A DNA stretch of 64,000 nt, from contig CM119267.1 in NCBI GenBank assembly GCA_051294375.1, forward strand, positions 21,949,486 to 22,013,485, in the 5' to 3' direction. A program made the position numbers and the translations under genes. Below, piece after piece: positions 1 to 59,760 of this stretch (the first letter of the stretch is position 1; the number at the start of each line of letters is the position of its first letter). Source of the DNA: Paraspadella gotoi. Its lineage: Eukaryota > Animalia > Chaetognatha. The notes beneath the pieces were generated by a model. It worked only from the letters and a program-made list of their open reading frames with translations. It searched no databases and was not told the DNA's origin.

Positions 1-140
1 CCGATTTTAAGCGCAATCCGGGCCGTATTTAAAACTGGTTATAGAGGTTATCTAACGAGGACTTCGATCGAAAAAAAGGATTGATCATGCGCGATCCGGG
101 CCAGATTAAAACCGCTTTTCAACATGGCTTTACCGTATTT

Positions 141-520
141 AAACGGAACGAAACGGAACGAAACGGAACTAAACGGAACTAAACGGAACTAAACGGAACG
201 AAACGGAACGAAACGGAACGAAACGAACGAAACGGAACGAAACGGAAAAACGGAACGAAACGGAACGAAACGGAACGAAACGGAACGAAACGGAACGAAA
301 CGGAACGAAACGGAACGAAACGGAACGAAACGGAACGAAACGGAACGAAACGGAACGAACGGAACGAAACGGAACGAAACGGAACGAAACGGAACGAAAC
401 GGAACGAAACGGAAAAAACGACAAAACGGAACGAAACGGAACGAAACGGAACGAAACGAACGGAACGAAAGAAACGAAAGAAACGAAACGAAACGAAACG
501 AAACGAAACGAAACGGAACG
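141..520. repeat. Tandem repeat (AAACGGAACG)n decaying into (AAACG)n
   Basis: Directly visible 10-bp unit over about 380 bp; it accounts for the 'FRSVSFRFVP' ORFs at 169-537 and 179-424. Confidence 0.97.
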
Positions 521-1195
521 AAAGGCTTTAGCATCATATGTTACCTTAAGGTTTTACCCCGAAATTTGTTTTCTTGATACTGTGGTACAAACAAATGTAA
601 ACTTTCAAAATAATACTAGATAATTGTAATTTAAATTATTATTTCTTTGCATAACAGTTAGAATTATGTTTGTGCATTTTGTTTTCCAAAGATCAAGTCT
701 TATCTTTCAATATGTTTTATACAGTAATTTTTTTTAAAATGCCTTCTTTTTTGTTTCGAATTCCCTATGTTTTTTCGGGAAATAGAAAAATAAAAATCTT
801 ACCAAACACTTCCGGTCTCTATCTTTTGCTCTCTTATCTTTTCTCTTTATATTCTATCATAATTATAGTATTTTTATAACTTATACTCATTAGAATTCTA
901 TATTTTCCTGCTTTCGATTATTTAATTAATTCTTATGAGGCCCGGATCGCGCCTAATCCGAATCGCCGATCTAAAGCTTAGAACTACGCGTAGTACAAAT
1001 CCTTGTTGGATCAAAATGAGTAAAATTTTAAGCGAAAGTTGATCGGTTTGAAGTGCGATTTTTGCGATCGCTTTTTTGTCATAACTTTTGAACGGATTAT
1101 CCGATTTTGATGAAATTTTGCATGAAGATAATATTCAAAATTTCCTATCGATTGGTGCCCAATTCATTGAAAAATACTTAATGGTTTAGAAACGA

Positions 1196-1418
1196 TGCAC
1201 ATCCCCACTTTACTTTATTCCTTAACTCTAAATTAATCCTTAACCCTGTCTCTAATCCTTTATTTTTATTTTCTGACCTTAACCCTAAACATAAACTAAA
1301 TACATAATTTTAATCACTAATTTAATCTTTAACCCACTTTTAATCTAATTTATAATTTAAAAAAATAATTTAATTTCGAATTTAAAATCAAATGGGGAGT
1401 TCTGGGAAAATAGGGCCC
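1196..1418 (+). mobile_element. Partial copy of MITE-like family with degenerate CCCTAA-type internal repeats
   Basis: Ends in AAATGGGGAGTTCTGGGAAAATAGGGCCC, matching the terminus at 8735-8762. Interior has ccttaaccctaaa-like units. The left terminus is not recognisable. Confidence 0.6.
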
Positions 1419-2861
1419 AATAGGCTCCAAGAAAATATTGATGAAGGTTTAAATGAAGAGAAATTGGAAAGAGTAAATTAGAGGGATGAGGTTGACGGTG
1501 AGAATGAGAATGAAAGGACATAATGGAATCACGTGAAGGATTTTCAAATATCACCAGTTTCCGGGATACGTGTGAGATAATTGCGAGTGAGTGGAGTGAG
1601 TGATCGACGTAATCGATTGTAAAAATGAAAGGTAAATAACATTCATGATAAAGAAAATGTTTATAGAAAATAATTTAAACAGACGATGACGATAACGACG
1701 ACCACTACGACGACGACATCGACATAGCCGGGCAACCGATGATAAAACTCAATAACATCGGCTATGAAAACCTTGTTAGATTTGTTGACGACCGTGAGGA
1801 CGATTTTACGACGACGACGAAGACAGCACGGATGGCGACTTTAGAACTGTGGACTAGGACAGTAACGACGACGACGACGACCGACCGACCCGTCTCTGCG
1901 CGGAGACGTGGAAATAAAGGTTGCGCCTGAGTTCCTCTGTTCTTTTATCGCCCGAGTAGACGAGAGAATCCGCGAGAGTGTCAGTGAATGCGCAGTGGCG
2001 TCAAAGTGAGTGTGCATTCGTGAACGGAGTGACAAGAGTGGTTGGCAGCTTGCATTCGTTTCAGTTCGTGATTTTTCACGTGAGTTGAGTCTGCGAGCGA
2101 TAAATATTGAGGTTGAATGTACAGGGACTTCAATCTGGACTGATACGAAAAAACTTGTAATATAATCGAAACGAAGAGCAATCAGGTTATTTATAAAATT
2201 ATAACGGAAAATCTAGTCCGGGACATTACATGCTTAAGATGGTGAACGCAACCTTCTGCATTTCTTACCCGCGCGAAATTTTGAACGCTTGAACGCGAGA
2301 CTCTGACCATTTTTGTGCAGGGGTACGACTCTCGCGCTCACTTGTGAAAACGAGGGAGCCAGATTGCGACTATTAGCGTGCGCAAGGCTTACGCACGCAA
2401 GATGCGCGCGCAAGTCGCGTGTATAAGACGACAAACTCTCTCGCCCGAATGCCCGTCGCTATTTATCTAAAGTCGGAGGCCGTTAGTTTAGATTAATGCT
2501 CAAACGATCTCCATTTAGGACGATCCGTTTACAAGTCGAAGACGCGAATCCGATTTGAAAAATTGGCGCGAAACTTTGAAATTGTTTTCGTTTATTTTGT
2601 CATTTTGTGAAATTTACATTTAACAATTGTTAGATTAGAATTACACTCATAGCCAAAAAGGCATAACAATAAGTTTCTAATTCATTTTAATTTAGCTTTG
2701 CTGAAACTTTACTCTGGCAATAATAAACTGTTTTAAAATATCTAAAACATATTAAGTGAAAATGGAAAGACAAAATAACGTTCAGTATTATCCTCGTATA
2801 ATTTTTTAACAAAGTTTGTACACATAACTTTTACGAAGCCAATGACTATAATGCAAACAAG

Positions 2862-2897
<36 letters not shown>

Positions 2898-3175
2898 TTT
2901 GAATCAAGGATGAAAGCGACGAGGATTCAGTCTGAGATTCGGACTCAAACTAGAAGGCGGATTTGCATGAAAACATGGAAGGCGGGAACGCCCTCGAAAG
3001 TGGCGAGGGGGTGGAGGGAGGGAAGTTGAAGATGGAAAGGATTGAATGGCGAAGAGGGGGGAGGAAGTGGTAAAGACTGGCAAAGAGGAGATGGCAACGT
3101 AGGCTATGAGGATTTGCAAAGTGGGAATGGTAGATATGGGAGTGACTACTTTCACTAAGTACTCTCTCTCTCTCT

Positions 3176-3241
<66 letters not shown>

Positions 3242-4901
3242 ACTCGAATAAATAGCGGAATGAAAAGCCGCGTGGCTTCATCGCCATAGAGAAAAAAAGA
3301 AAAAAGGAAATACTAATATATTATATAAATATAGAAAAAAGATTTTAGAAAGAGAGAATAACGGAAAGAAAGATAGAAAGAAAGATAGTAGAAAGAAAGT
3401 ATGGAAGAAACGAGAGAATTTATTTTTCGGCCGATAGAGAAATAAAAATTTCGTCGAATACTGCTCATCCCTATATTTGACAATTTTTTTTTTTTCAATT
3501 TCAAAAATGTTATTCTTGCCGCAATAACAGTTCAGTTTAATCCCATAGTTAAAATGTTCAGCCGCAGGTTCTTTTCATTTGTTAAAATCGTGTCCAAAAA
3601 ACGAAAGTAGGGCAATAGTAGTTTAATTACAATTTTATTTATTGAGCTTATAATGAAGATAATCTTTACAATTATGTACATAGTAGTGGACGACGCTGTC
3701 GAAGACGACGACGACAACAACGACGACGACAACAACGACGACGACAACGACCTCGAAGCAACGACTTCCAAGCTTCTGGGTTTCAAGGTGGCGACGTCAG
3801 TTTTGCGCGAACTTCAGGGCGAAAAACGACTGCAACTAAGGTAAGTGTTATTGCCTCAGACGAAGTTGAGCGAGTGAAAAAAAAATAAAGAGGCGAAGGC
3901 TTTGGGTGAGTCAAACGGGTGAGGTAATGGCGAAAGGGTGGCGGGCATTAGGGGGGGGGAAGGCTGGAGTGGGGAGCTAAGTGGCAAAATAGTGGAGGAC
4001 CCTGAAAGACTAAATGGATAGAAAGAAAGGAAAATGGGGAAGAAAAATAAGGAAAGCGAAAGAAAGAAAGAAAAAAAGGAAGGAGAAAATGGGGAAGAAA
4101 GAGAAGGAAATTGAAGACAAAAGAGAAGAAGAAATCGAGAGGAAATTACGAGGACGACAAGACGACGACGACGATAACGACGACGACGACGACCAAAACA
4201 AGGACGAGGGTGACGACGACGACGACGACGACGACGACGTTTTAGATGACAATGCTTTAAGATTGAAACGAATACGATCCCTTGGAAGGCAGGAGGTTAT
4301 AAATTTGATAATTAGCAATTAATATTATGAAAATGGAATAAAAAGTATTGGTATTAAATCCGCATCTTATAAAGTATAATATATAGAATATATGATATTT
4401 ATATGTATAATACATAAAATCCCGGTAAAAAACCCTTAAAAAATTTAACATGCTTCCGTTAAGAAATAGAATTAACGAAGATGGGATTTTTTGACGTGAA
4501 CCGTGGCGTCCTTCACGAAAATCACAAGTATGCGGGAATGGAACGAAAGGGAATCAAAAAGATGAGAAACAAATGCGGATGATTATAATTACGAAGAGAG
4601 CGATAGAGAATTATGTATGAGATTCATGTCCGAGAAAAATATAAGCTTTAACTTTGGTGATTTTATATAAAATAATAAAAAGATAATGGACATTGGACAT
4701 TGGACATTTATTTTATTCGACGCAGAGCTGGACAAAGTCAGTGGACATTGTCAGTCATGTCGTCGTTAACTTTGTCGTCGTCTTTGTCGTTGTCCTTGAC
4801 GTCATGTCGAGCGGAAGACGTGGTTGTGTTGCCTTGAGGTCGTCGACCCGGACAGAACGACAAAGGCTCGAATATTAAATCCCGAGCTGCTCATGAATCC
4901 C

Positions 4902-4938
<37 letters not shown>

Positions 4939-4987
4939 CTCTCCTCCTCACTTCTCATCTCTCCTCTCTCTTGCGTTGCTTTCTCCA

Positions 4988-5067
<80 letters not shown>

Positions 5068-6042
5068 TCGTTGTCGTTTGAAGCTGTGGTTTAATCACAC
5101 TCTCTCTCTCTCTCTCTCGTCTCTCTCGTCTCCTCCCTCCTCTCTCTCTCTTCTCTCTCCCTCTGCTTCTTCCTCTCTCTTCTCCTCTCTCGTCTCTCAT
5201 CTCCTCGCATCAGTCGTCAACGTCAAAATCCCCGGTTGTCGCAAAAGAAACGCAACGTTCGGGTCAATGACGGCAGCGCCTGCCATCGACGGTCGGTCGG
5301 TGACAAGCATCGCCACCTATCACAAGTCACGGATATCGGCTGTCACAAAGGATCAGGCGGTTATTAACTTGGAAAAAAAACAGTGGATTTTTGCCTGACT
5401 TGTCGGGCAATGCGTTGCTGTCATTATTTTCTTGTCTGCAGTTCTTATATTACCTACTTAGCTTGTATTGCCATCATTACATTGCTTTGATTGTTTGCTT
5501 ATCTTGCAGTGACTGCTCTTCTTCCTGCGCAAACGCCCAACAAAATTTTTAATATCGCAATAAGAATAATAAATAAGAATAATAATTAATGGTATCTAGG
5601 ACTGACGAAAAAATCCCTTGCCCAGTGGCCAATGCCCAATGCCTTGCCCAATTCTTAATGCCAAATGCCCATGTCCCATTGGCCGTCAAATAAAATGCAA
5701 CCAGTCTTCCAATTTCCTGAGCTAAAAATAGAAATCGGGGCAGAGACTGTCCGTTCCATCTCTCTGTCTCTGGAGGACGTGGTTCTGTCATTCGCCTCGT
5801 CTCTCTTGCCTTCGACAGACTGTCGGTGAATTCCAATTGCGATTGTCTGTCATCCGAGTGTCCTTTCCCTGTCGGTTTCGAGATAACAAAGACAAAAAAA
5901 GCAAAGTAAAAAAAAACAAAGACAAAGAAAACAAAGAAGTTGGGGGAAACAGAAGGAGATGGAACGTGAAAGAAAAGAGAAGAAGGTCGACCGAATCTCC
6001 GGTGTCACAATCGCAAAGGAAAGACTAAGGAGTTATTGGGAA

Positions 6043-6250
6043 NNNNNNNNNNNNNNNNNNNNNNNNNNNNNNNNNNNNNNNNNNNNNNNNNNNNNNNNNN
6101 NNNNNNNNNNNNNNNNNNNNNNNNNNNNNNNNNNNNNNNNNNNNNNNNNNNNNNNNNNNNNNNNNNNNNNNNNNNNNNNNNNNNNNNNNNNNNNNNNNNN
6201 NNNNNNNNNNNNNNNNNNNNNNNNNNNNNNNNNNNNNNNNNNNNNNNNNN
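6043..6250. other. Assembly gap (N run)
   Basis: 208 Ns. Other gaps: 20345-20369, 29072-29096, 29503-29527, 49636-49660 and 63168-63192 (each exactly 25 N), and 48745-48754 (10 N). Confidence 0.99.
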
Positions 6251-6974
6251 TCGGAAGTAGTAGGGTAAATAAATATTAATGTTTTTTCCCTTCTTTGTTT
6301 CTCGCTTTATTTTCAGTAAATGTATTTATTTTTGTTTTATTCTTTTTTCCCTCTTTTTATCAGAGAGTTTCCTTCAATAACAACCCTAACATCCAGAATA
6401 TTTTCATTTTAAAAAACTCGCCCCTTAACTTTTTATATCCTTGATTATAAAGAGCGGAAACGGCTTTTCTTATCCTCGTTTTCGTCGCCATTTTCGACGT
6501 CATCGTCATCGTCGTCATCGTTGTCATCATCGTCGTCGTTTTCGTCATCGTCTTCCTCGTCATTCATCATCTTTACTTTCCCAAGCGAACGTCAATCCAA
6601 CGCGCGCGAGTCTCGTCTCGCAAAAGCATCAATCTTTCCTTGACGACTTTTTCCCTTTCAGAAAAAAACGCGTAAAACGCGAAATGAAAATAAAAGATGG
6701 TGACCTTGAAACTTACCTCTTTTAAACTTTATATCGCGAGAGAGAGATGAGAGAGAGAAAGAGAGATGAGAAAGAGAGAGAGCAAGAGAGAGAGGAAGAG
6801 AGACACGAGAGAAGAGAGAAAGAGAGAGAGCAGAGATCGTAGTAGCAGTGTTGGTTGGTAAGAGTTGTCTTCATTCGGTCCCAGTATTCGTCAATCGACT
6901 TAACGTCAACTTATTTACAGATAATGGTTGTTAAGACCAAATATCGATGTTCCCCCGTCCTATAGCTAATTATG

Positions 6975-7256
6975 TAGTCGGGCATAGCATAGGTTCCACC
7001 CCGCCATAAGCATGGCGCCTTCAGTCGTGACGCCCGTGGCTCATTTCGAGTTAAAGCTCCATGACCACTAGGTACCGGGTCAAATCCCAAAACCGGTACC
7101 CCCACTACCCTGCGGGAAGCGTGAGGAACGAGTGTAAGCGCGCCTTGGGGGGGGGGGTGGAAAACCCTCAGCCTGGTTCCAAGCCCAGGACCCGTTCCAC
7201 GGCTGCTAGAGGGGTTAAAAAGAAGTTCAGCCTACTTAGCGGCCTTATCCACAATA
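6975..7256 (+). mobile_element. tRNA-derived SINE-like element, copy 1
   Basis: Colinear with 55888-56152 (shared ccttcagtc, ggtaccgggt, ggaaaaccct, tggttccaa.cccagg.cccgttcca.ggctgct, gccttatccac). Has an A-box-like GTGGCTCA and a B-box-like GGGTCAAATCCC. Confidence 0.7.
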
Positions 7257-8430
7257 AGCTTAATATAAAATGTTGCGTCATCAGCTATCTTGCCGTGAAC
7301 AAACCGTACAATTCGTATGTCGCCATGTGACCTTCTAGACGTTAAGTTTTTCTCCATGTCAAAGCTCACGCTGTTTGTCAACCTTTTAGACATGTTCACC
7401 CTAGTCACCTGTCCACCTTCGAGCAATATAATTATAAACTTATATCAACTCATTGCCATTTAAATTTTTTTTCTTGTCACGAGTTCCATTCCATTAATTC
7501 TCTTTGTAACCTCGTCAGCTTGTCAGTGCACCCTGATTAATCATTTCAAACCTTTATGTTAATCCACTCTCGCTTGTTTTCACTACTCTTCACCACCTCA
7601 AATGTTCTTTCCCCTCCCCACCGACCCAACGATCGTGTCGGCGTCTTATGTTTATCCTTTTCGGTCGCTCGTAGTCACGTGACTCTTTACCCGCGCTCGA
7701 TGTAAGTAACAACGACGACGTCGACGACTGTTTCCCGACTGTTTCCTCTCGCTTATCTGGATGTTGTCTGCATCCATCTCGCCTTGTTATTGTTCTTGTT
7801 TTGCTGTTCTAATTGTTTTTGATGTTTTAGTAGTTTTTGTTATTCCTGGAATCCGTACTACCGGGGCGAATCGTCAATCGATATATCGTCATCAAAATTT
7901 ACATTAAATTTTCGAAATTTTACTTAATAATGTTTTTATATATTTATATATCTCTTTATATACGATTGACAGATATTTTATTATAATTGTTTAAATTCTA
8001 TTCCGCTACAATACCAATTGTTCATAATCAAGACTTTGAGTCAAGAATATTTACTTTCAAATCCTTTAATAAAAATATTTTTGCCAATTAAAAAATGCAG
8101 AGTAAAAAATTATCATCTTTCATAAGACTGCAATATGCAAATTAGATTAATCATTTACACTAAATCACAACATTAAAAAAACCAATGTGATTTGAATAGA
8201 ATGAAGGAAAAAAATATTTAAAAATTTTCACATACATTATGACAGGAACAACTTAAGAGCCAAGAACAAAGAATGTGAATGTGATGACGACAATGTCGAC
8301 GAAAAAGACAAAGATCCAACAATCCAATATGAATACGATGATGATGACCGCATGTGATGACAGAGGCGAAGATTCGACTAAGAATTTCAAAGTGACGACG
8401 ATGACAAAGACGATAAAAAATGTACGTCAC

Positions 8431-8762
8431 GGTTCTCTTTTCCGAGAGTGCCCCATTCCTGTTCGTTAATCCCAGAATTTAATTTAAATTTTGATATATA
8501 TAATCCTAATACATTTTAAAACTTATAGACCAATATAATCCTTAACTCTAAATCTAAACACTTTACCCAATTTTTTAACTCTTAACCTTTAACCCTATGT
8601 GCTAATCCTTAACCCAAATGCATTACTCTAATCATAAACTAAGTCCCTTTCTTATACTATGAAATAATCCTCAACCCTAATCTCTAACCGAATTTTTAAC
8701 TGAAAAAAATTAACCTAAATCAGAATTGAAGATAAAATGGGGCGTTCTTGGAAAATAAGGCC
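8431..8762 (+). mobile_element. MITE-like non-autonomous element (~330 bp) with imperfect ~28-bp TIRs
   Basis: Left end GGTTCTCTTTTCCGAGAGTGCCCCATT is an imperfect inverted repeat of right end AATGGGGCGTTCTTGGAAAATAAGGCC. Interior has degenerate CCCTAA units. A reverse-orientation copy is at 55720-56333. No clear target-site duplication. Confidence 0.7.
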
Positions 8763-9082
8763 GACGAGGACGAAAACGATGATCGATTCACTTTTCCTCC
8801 GAAAATTCCTCCGCACGATTTTTCACTTCCACCTTCCTCCCTCCGGCCGTATATCTAAATTACATCCGGGTAACGACTTTCCGGCCGCGTGGAAACCCTT
8901 TTACATCCGGCCAGTGGCCCCAGGCGGAGAAATTTTTTTTTTTCCAATGAAAGAGAAAAAGAAAAAAGGTTTTTACGATTTTCTAACCTTCTTATTTCTT
9001 TTCTTTTACTCTTTTCTTTTTTGTTCGCTTTTTACTTACTTTTTCCATGAAAAATAATGATTGCGAGAGAGAAAGAGAGAAA

Positions 9083-9127
<45 letters not shown>

Positions 9128-9137
9128 AATAGAGAGA

Positions 9138-9168
<31 letters not shown>

Positions 9169-9325
9169 AGAGACGAGAGAGAAGAGAGAGAGAGAGAGAG
9201 AAGAAATGGCTGCGTCAGAGGAGAGACTTGGTAATATTTCAAAGAGGCGTCCTACCATGAATTTCGACCCGCACCATGATTGAATCTAAATTAGATTAAA
9301 AGGGAGAGAGAGAGACAGAAGAGAG

Positions 9326-9395
<70 letters not shown>

Positions 9396-9862
9396 AGAGA
9401 TTTCCAAAAATTTTTCTTAAATTTTTACCGTTCTAATTTAAGCGGATTCGACAGCTCCTAACGTTTCAGACTTGATGAATCGAAAATATTTCTTCTCATC
9501 GATTTGGCGATTTAAATATTTTTTGCAGTTTCACACTAACCACCCCACCCCCCCACCCGTTTTTTGGTTTTTTCGTTTAAAATGAGACTTTTGAAAATCA
9601 CGAAGGAATTGCGCAGAGTTAAATACAAATTCACTGTGGTAGCTGAAACTTGTTATCTATCGTTATCTATCTATCTATCATTACGGTTTATTTTTAAAAT
9701 TTAAAATTTAGTAAAATTATCTCGGTCGGTATCCCTGGGTTTTGGCGAAAACTAATAAATTCGTTAGAATTCTAAAATTTAAACAAAATCTCGCAACTTC
9801 CGTGTCAGTTAACCGGAAATTAAAATTTGGTTGTGGCTCAAATTTCGGTTCGAATGAGAAAA

Positions 9863-10185
9863 AAACAAGTTAGAGGGAACAATGTCGGATCTGCCCACGA
9901 TCATTAGCGGTAATTAATTATTAGTTAATAATATTTTAATAATATAATAAATAATTGATTAAAAAATTAATTAATTTGATCCGAAATGTCTTTTCGTCAC
10001 TGACCACGACGACGATGATGGCGACGACGACAATAATGCCGATAGCAATTTACCTGATTGATTTATTGTTGAATAATTGGAGTTTTTTACTAAGGTGGGA
10101 CGGAGGGACGGACAGACAGACAGACGAATGGACAGACAGACAGACGAATGGACAGACAGACGAACGGTTGGACGGACGGACAATT
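9863..10185 (+). mobile_element. Truncated DINE-1/HINE-like element
   Basis: Shares aaacaagtt...aacaatgtcggatctgcccacgatcatta.cggtaattaa and ctaaggtgggacggagg + (GACA/GACG)n with 44142-44950, but lacks the 3' hairpin. Confidence 0.65.
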
Positions 10186-13100
10186 TTTTTTATTTTTTTT
10201 TTATTCGTTAATTTCTATTTCCATTTAAATTATTACATTTTTTTTATTCCTTTTTCTAATTTTTCTTTGTTTCTTATTTGTTTATCTTTTTCCTTTGTTA
10301 ATTATTTTTTCCTTAGTTTTTTTTATTTTTATACTTATACTTATTCTTATACTCTCTGCCGTATGGCTTTGATACAAATATCATTTATTTAAGACTGTTC
10401 TTATGTTGGAAAAGAGTGTTAGAGAAACAAAATTCGTTTTCTGCTGTCCTCTCTGGGTGAGTTAGTTCGTCGACAAATGAACACAACCGATATCGCCAAG
10501 AAAAGATTGTCAAAGATACCATAATAAATATTTTTAACGGATTAATATGCATCAAAATTATGTTAAATCTTAGCAGAACTTTACCTAAATTTATTTTTAA
10601 AAGTGATAAAAAATGTTTCGACTTACCGAAATTCCACATTTACGAAAGTATAATCCGTGCTGCTGAGAAAGTATTTTATTTTTTGGAGTTAAAGCATGAA
10701 TTCTTTTCCACCTCTTCGTCAGTTATTGATTAAAAGTTTCAAAAGAAAAATATAATTTACGATTTAAAACTTGAAATTCGAAACATTCCTTTATTAGTTC
10801 GTGCTCTTAATCATGGTGATGTGTGAGTCTTGTTTTAAATATTTAATAAAAACCACCAATCAAATTGTTCTCATTTTTGGCGATTTCTAATGAACTTGTA
10901 ATGCGGTCGCTTCTACTAGCGCTCTATGAAAATTTGCAAATTACTTGTTTCACTATTTTTTATTACTATACTAGTAATTTCACTACTGATTTTTATAGAT
11001 TTTTAAAGTTTTGGGTTACGTAAAGAAAGCTTTTCCGAGAAAAGATTTGTCGAATTCCCCCGTCGTAAAATCCTTTGACGGCGAAATCGATTCGCGACGA
11101 AAAAAAAAATTGAGAATCAATCGAATTGACTTCGTCGCATCCAAAAGAGAAACGAATGCAACGAACAGTACGGAGAAAAGTTGGGAATTTGAAAAACGGA
11201 ATTTTTTCGGTGAAAATTAAAATTAAAATAAGAAATAAACGCGTGTGAGAGACGTGACGCCTCCTGTTTTGATTCACAGAGTGAGCGAACGACCCGGAGA
11301 GTGAGAGACTCGGGACTGCAATGTTGTGATGACGTCATTGGCGGTTTGAGAATTCAACGTCTAACGTCGGTGGGGTTGGAAAAAGAAAGATATTTGGATA
11401 GAGCGGTTTGGTAAGAACATCATCATTCGAAAATTATGACTTTAGGTTAAGATAGAAATTATTTAATAGAAGTAAGAGATTATAGAAATGGATATTCGGT
11501 GGATTTGTTCTACAATTGAGTATTCGGGCAAATGACGCCACTCGTCTTTCCCACGGAACCCGACTGCCAATCAGAGACCCGAGTTTATTCGTTCAAAATT
11601 CGTCCCGTTCTGCTTTCCATTATCGCCCAACCGACGCTGTACGACGCCGCCGGAAGCGGTTGACGCCGTCGGAAGCTGCTGTCACCGCTGCGTTAGGGAA
11701 CGCGTTGCCCTTTTCTTGCTGGAGTCGCGAAAAAATTTAATCCTCAATGGACGAGGAAATCCGTTTGGTGGTGGAAGGAGGACGCAATGGGGATTATCGA
11801 GAAAAAAAAAGGGGGATAGATGTTGAAGAAAAGATGGGGAAATAGAGTGATGTAGGAAAAGGCGGGAAAAGTGAATTTAGAAAGATATCATTATTGTTTT
11901 TATTATTATTATTATTGAATCGCTGTTCAGCTAAGTTGGAAACAGTGAATAACGAAATTTAAAAAAAAAATTAAATTCTTTATTCTTTTGTTTACTCATT
12001 TTTTAACTACCCATTTCTGCCGACAGAGCGCTCCGCAACTCTTGCGTAAACAAAAGAACATCGCGCGTGAGTTTCGCACGCGCGAGAGAGAAAGGCTCAC
12101 GCGATAGTAAGGAGAGCGCGAGCGGCGATGCATCGGAAGAGGGAGAGAGGGTGAGGGAGAATGGGTAAGGAATATTCGGCGGACGGCGGAGGGAAAGTTA
12201 TCGATTAAATTCAATTCGATTGCTCGAAAATAGGTTATAAACTGGAAAGAGAATGAAAGAAAAAAATGTTTTAGTTATGAGAAGACAAATAAAGATAAAA
12301 ATGGAAAGGGAAGAGGATTTCCGTTATCTTAAAGGAGAAGGAGAAGAGCGAGCGAATCCTACCTCCTCTTCTTCACAAATTTACCCTCTCTCCCTCTCCC
12401 TCCCTCTCCCTCCCTCTCTCTCTCTCCCGATCACGTTCACTCCCGGAAGGAATGAGCGAGGTGGCCGTGATGACATTCACCGGGAGGAAGAGGAAGAGGA
12501 GGAGGGCCCAGGAGGAAGAAGAAGAACTCAAGAAATAGAGGAAGAAAGAGAGGAAGAAGAAATAGAGGAGGAAGAAGAAAAAGAGAAGAAACAGAAGAAG
12601 TAGAGAAGAAATTCGCCTCGAATCTCACAACGAAAATAAAACGTCCCGGAAAAATATTTATTCAAAATTTTTCTTTAAATTTTTTCTCTATTTTATATTC
12701 TTATCTCTCTTTTCTCTTCAGATTTGATACATACACATACGTGCACGATTAACAAAACTAAATTTATACTAAACTGCACGACTAAGAACTAGATGGATTC
12801 GTTTGCAAACGAGGACATTTACAAAAAATAATATTATTTCAAAAAATGTCATCTTGTTGTTCGTATTATGTATGAAATTGGAACAACCAATATGAAATTA
12901 TCCATTTATTTAACAAATAAGCTATTTTGCCCCTAATTTGGGCAGGGGTATTTATTTTAACTGATATATTTTTGGCAGGGAACCTCGAATATTTAATAGA
13001 ACAATCGCGTTTGGCGCTGAGCAGTTGCTTGGTCCCTAATCCTTTGCTTAAATATAGCCTCTCTCTCCTTTTCCTCTTACGCGATCCGCATTTCTGATAA

Positions 13101-13195
<95 letters not shown>

Positions 13196-14042
13196 GCCTC
13201 TGACTCTAATGAGATTCCTGCTTCTACCGTGACCCGGTTTTTGCCCCAGATTGTAACGTTTCTATTGTGGATTGGATTCTTGATACTTTTATAATATGGT
13301 TAGTTATAATTAGTTATAATCGGTTACGCCTCCGTTTTTTTTTCTCTCTTTTTTTTATTTTTTGAATTACTGTTCATTTTTTAATGTGTTATTTATAATT
13401 ACCATAGCATAGTTTAAATTTTATTTACAACCTGTTACTGCTTTTACTACTTTTATCGATTTTAATTAATTTTCATTTTTAAGGAATTTTAACTCGAGTT
13501 TCTACGACCTAAAATAAACCTTAAAAGTTACATTTCAGGCTAAATTCTAATTCATACAATTTTAATAAGAGATTTATAAATATGTCTTTTAATCAATAAT
13601 CATCACAGCTCTCATTCAGGATTCGCTTCAGGATTTTCTGTCTCTTCTTTTCGCTGTCGGCGAAGACTCATCAATCTGATTTGTTTATCATTCTCTCTCT
13701 CTCTCTCTCTCTCTCTCATCTCTTCTAGATATCTTCTCTCATCTCGTTCCTCTCTCTCTCATCCTCATCTCTCCTCATTTTTAGCTCTTAACAATTCCGC
13801 ACTCATTCCCGGATTTTACGATATTTTTTTTTCCACAGTTGAATTTTAAAGATATTTTTAAAAAACTTTCAAAATCTAAAAAAACCTTCCGGGAAAAAAA
13901 ACCCGACCTAGAAATTAAAGATGAACTGACGTCGAGCTTTTGATCGATCAAAGCTTTCGATCGATCTGTCAACGAAGCCGCCCAACTCTCTCGTCGACGC
14001 CTCCAGCATCCACGACGTCTCAAACGCTTCTTCGGCGCCAAG

Positions 14043-59032
<44,990 letters not shown>

Positions 59033-59760
59033 GTTAGTCTTTGTTTCCCGTTTCCTTGTTTTGTCGTTTTGTTTTATTTTTTCCTTGTTTTTTCTTATTA
59101 TCGTTTTATAACGTTTAAGTTCAAGACAAAACAAAACATCAAAACTAAAATTTTACTCTACGGGTTGATAAGTTTTATTTATTGAATGCGATTATTTAGT
59201 TTTGATTTTTCTTTTAGTAACGAACTCCGGATGATATTTAATTTAATTGATAACAAGCCCAGTTCGTCATAAACGAATGGCCAATCAATAATATACTTAA
59301 CTCCCAGAACGAAGCGTCGCTGAGCAAAGCAGAACTTGTACAATTCCGCTATATAAAATTGGAACGGAAGTGCCGATAATTACTAAATATTAACAATCAG
59401 AAGTAGTATGAGTGTGAGCATGATGATATTCTGGTGCGTCACTCAAAGAGAGTAAAATGTTTGGAGTTTATGCCGACCACTATGATGACCACTATGTTTA
59501 TCCATGGCATACTTAAAAACGGCTTTAAACGACTAAAACGACTTGAAACCCAGACACTGCCTATTACAATAATATCATGTGATCCGCATAAAAGGAAAAG
59601 TGGTTATTATAAATTAATGCCTAACGATAATCAATCGAAATTAATTAGAATATAAATCAATGTTTCATTAAACAAGTTACAAAGGAGAGATGTCGTCAGT
59701 TCCAGTGATTCTTCAAAAATTCGAGTCCACAACTATTGACGGCCAAAACCCCATGAAAGA

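Noticed and set aside
141-520. Possible CRISPR-like array or repeat-protein ORFs
   Set aside because: Pure 10-bp tandem repeat with no unique spacers, in a eukaryotic context.
1680-13800. ORFs rich in ER/SL/D/T repeats and a lone donor site at 3841 (AAG|GTAAGT)
   Set aside because: These are translations of (GA)n, (CT)n and (GAC)n microsatellites; no recognisable domain or consistent exon chain was found. An unrecognised or non-coding gene cannot be excluded.
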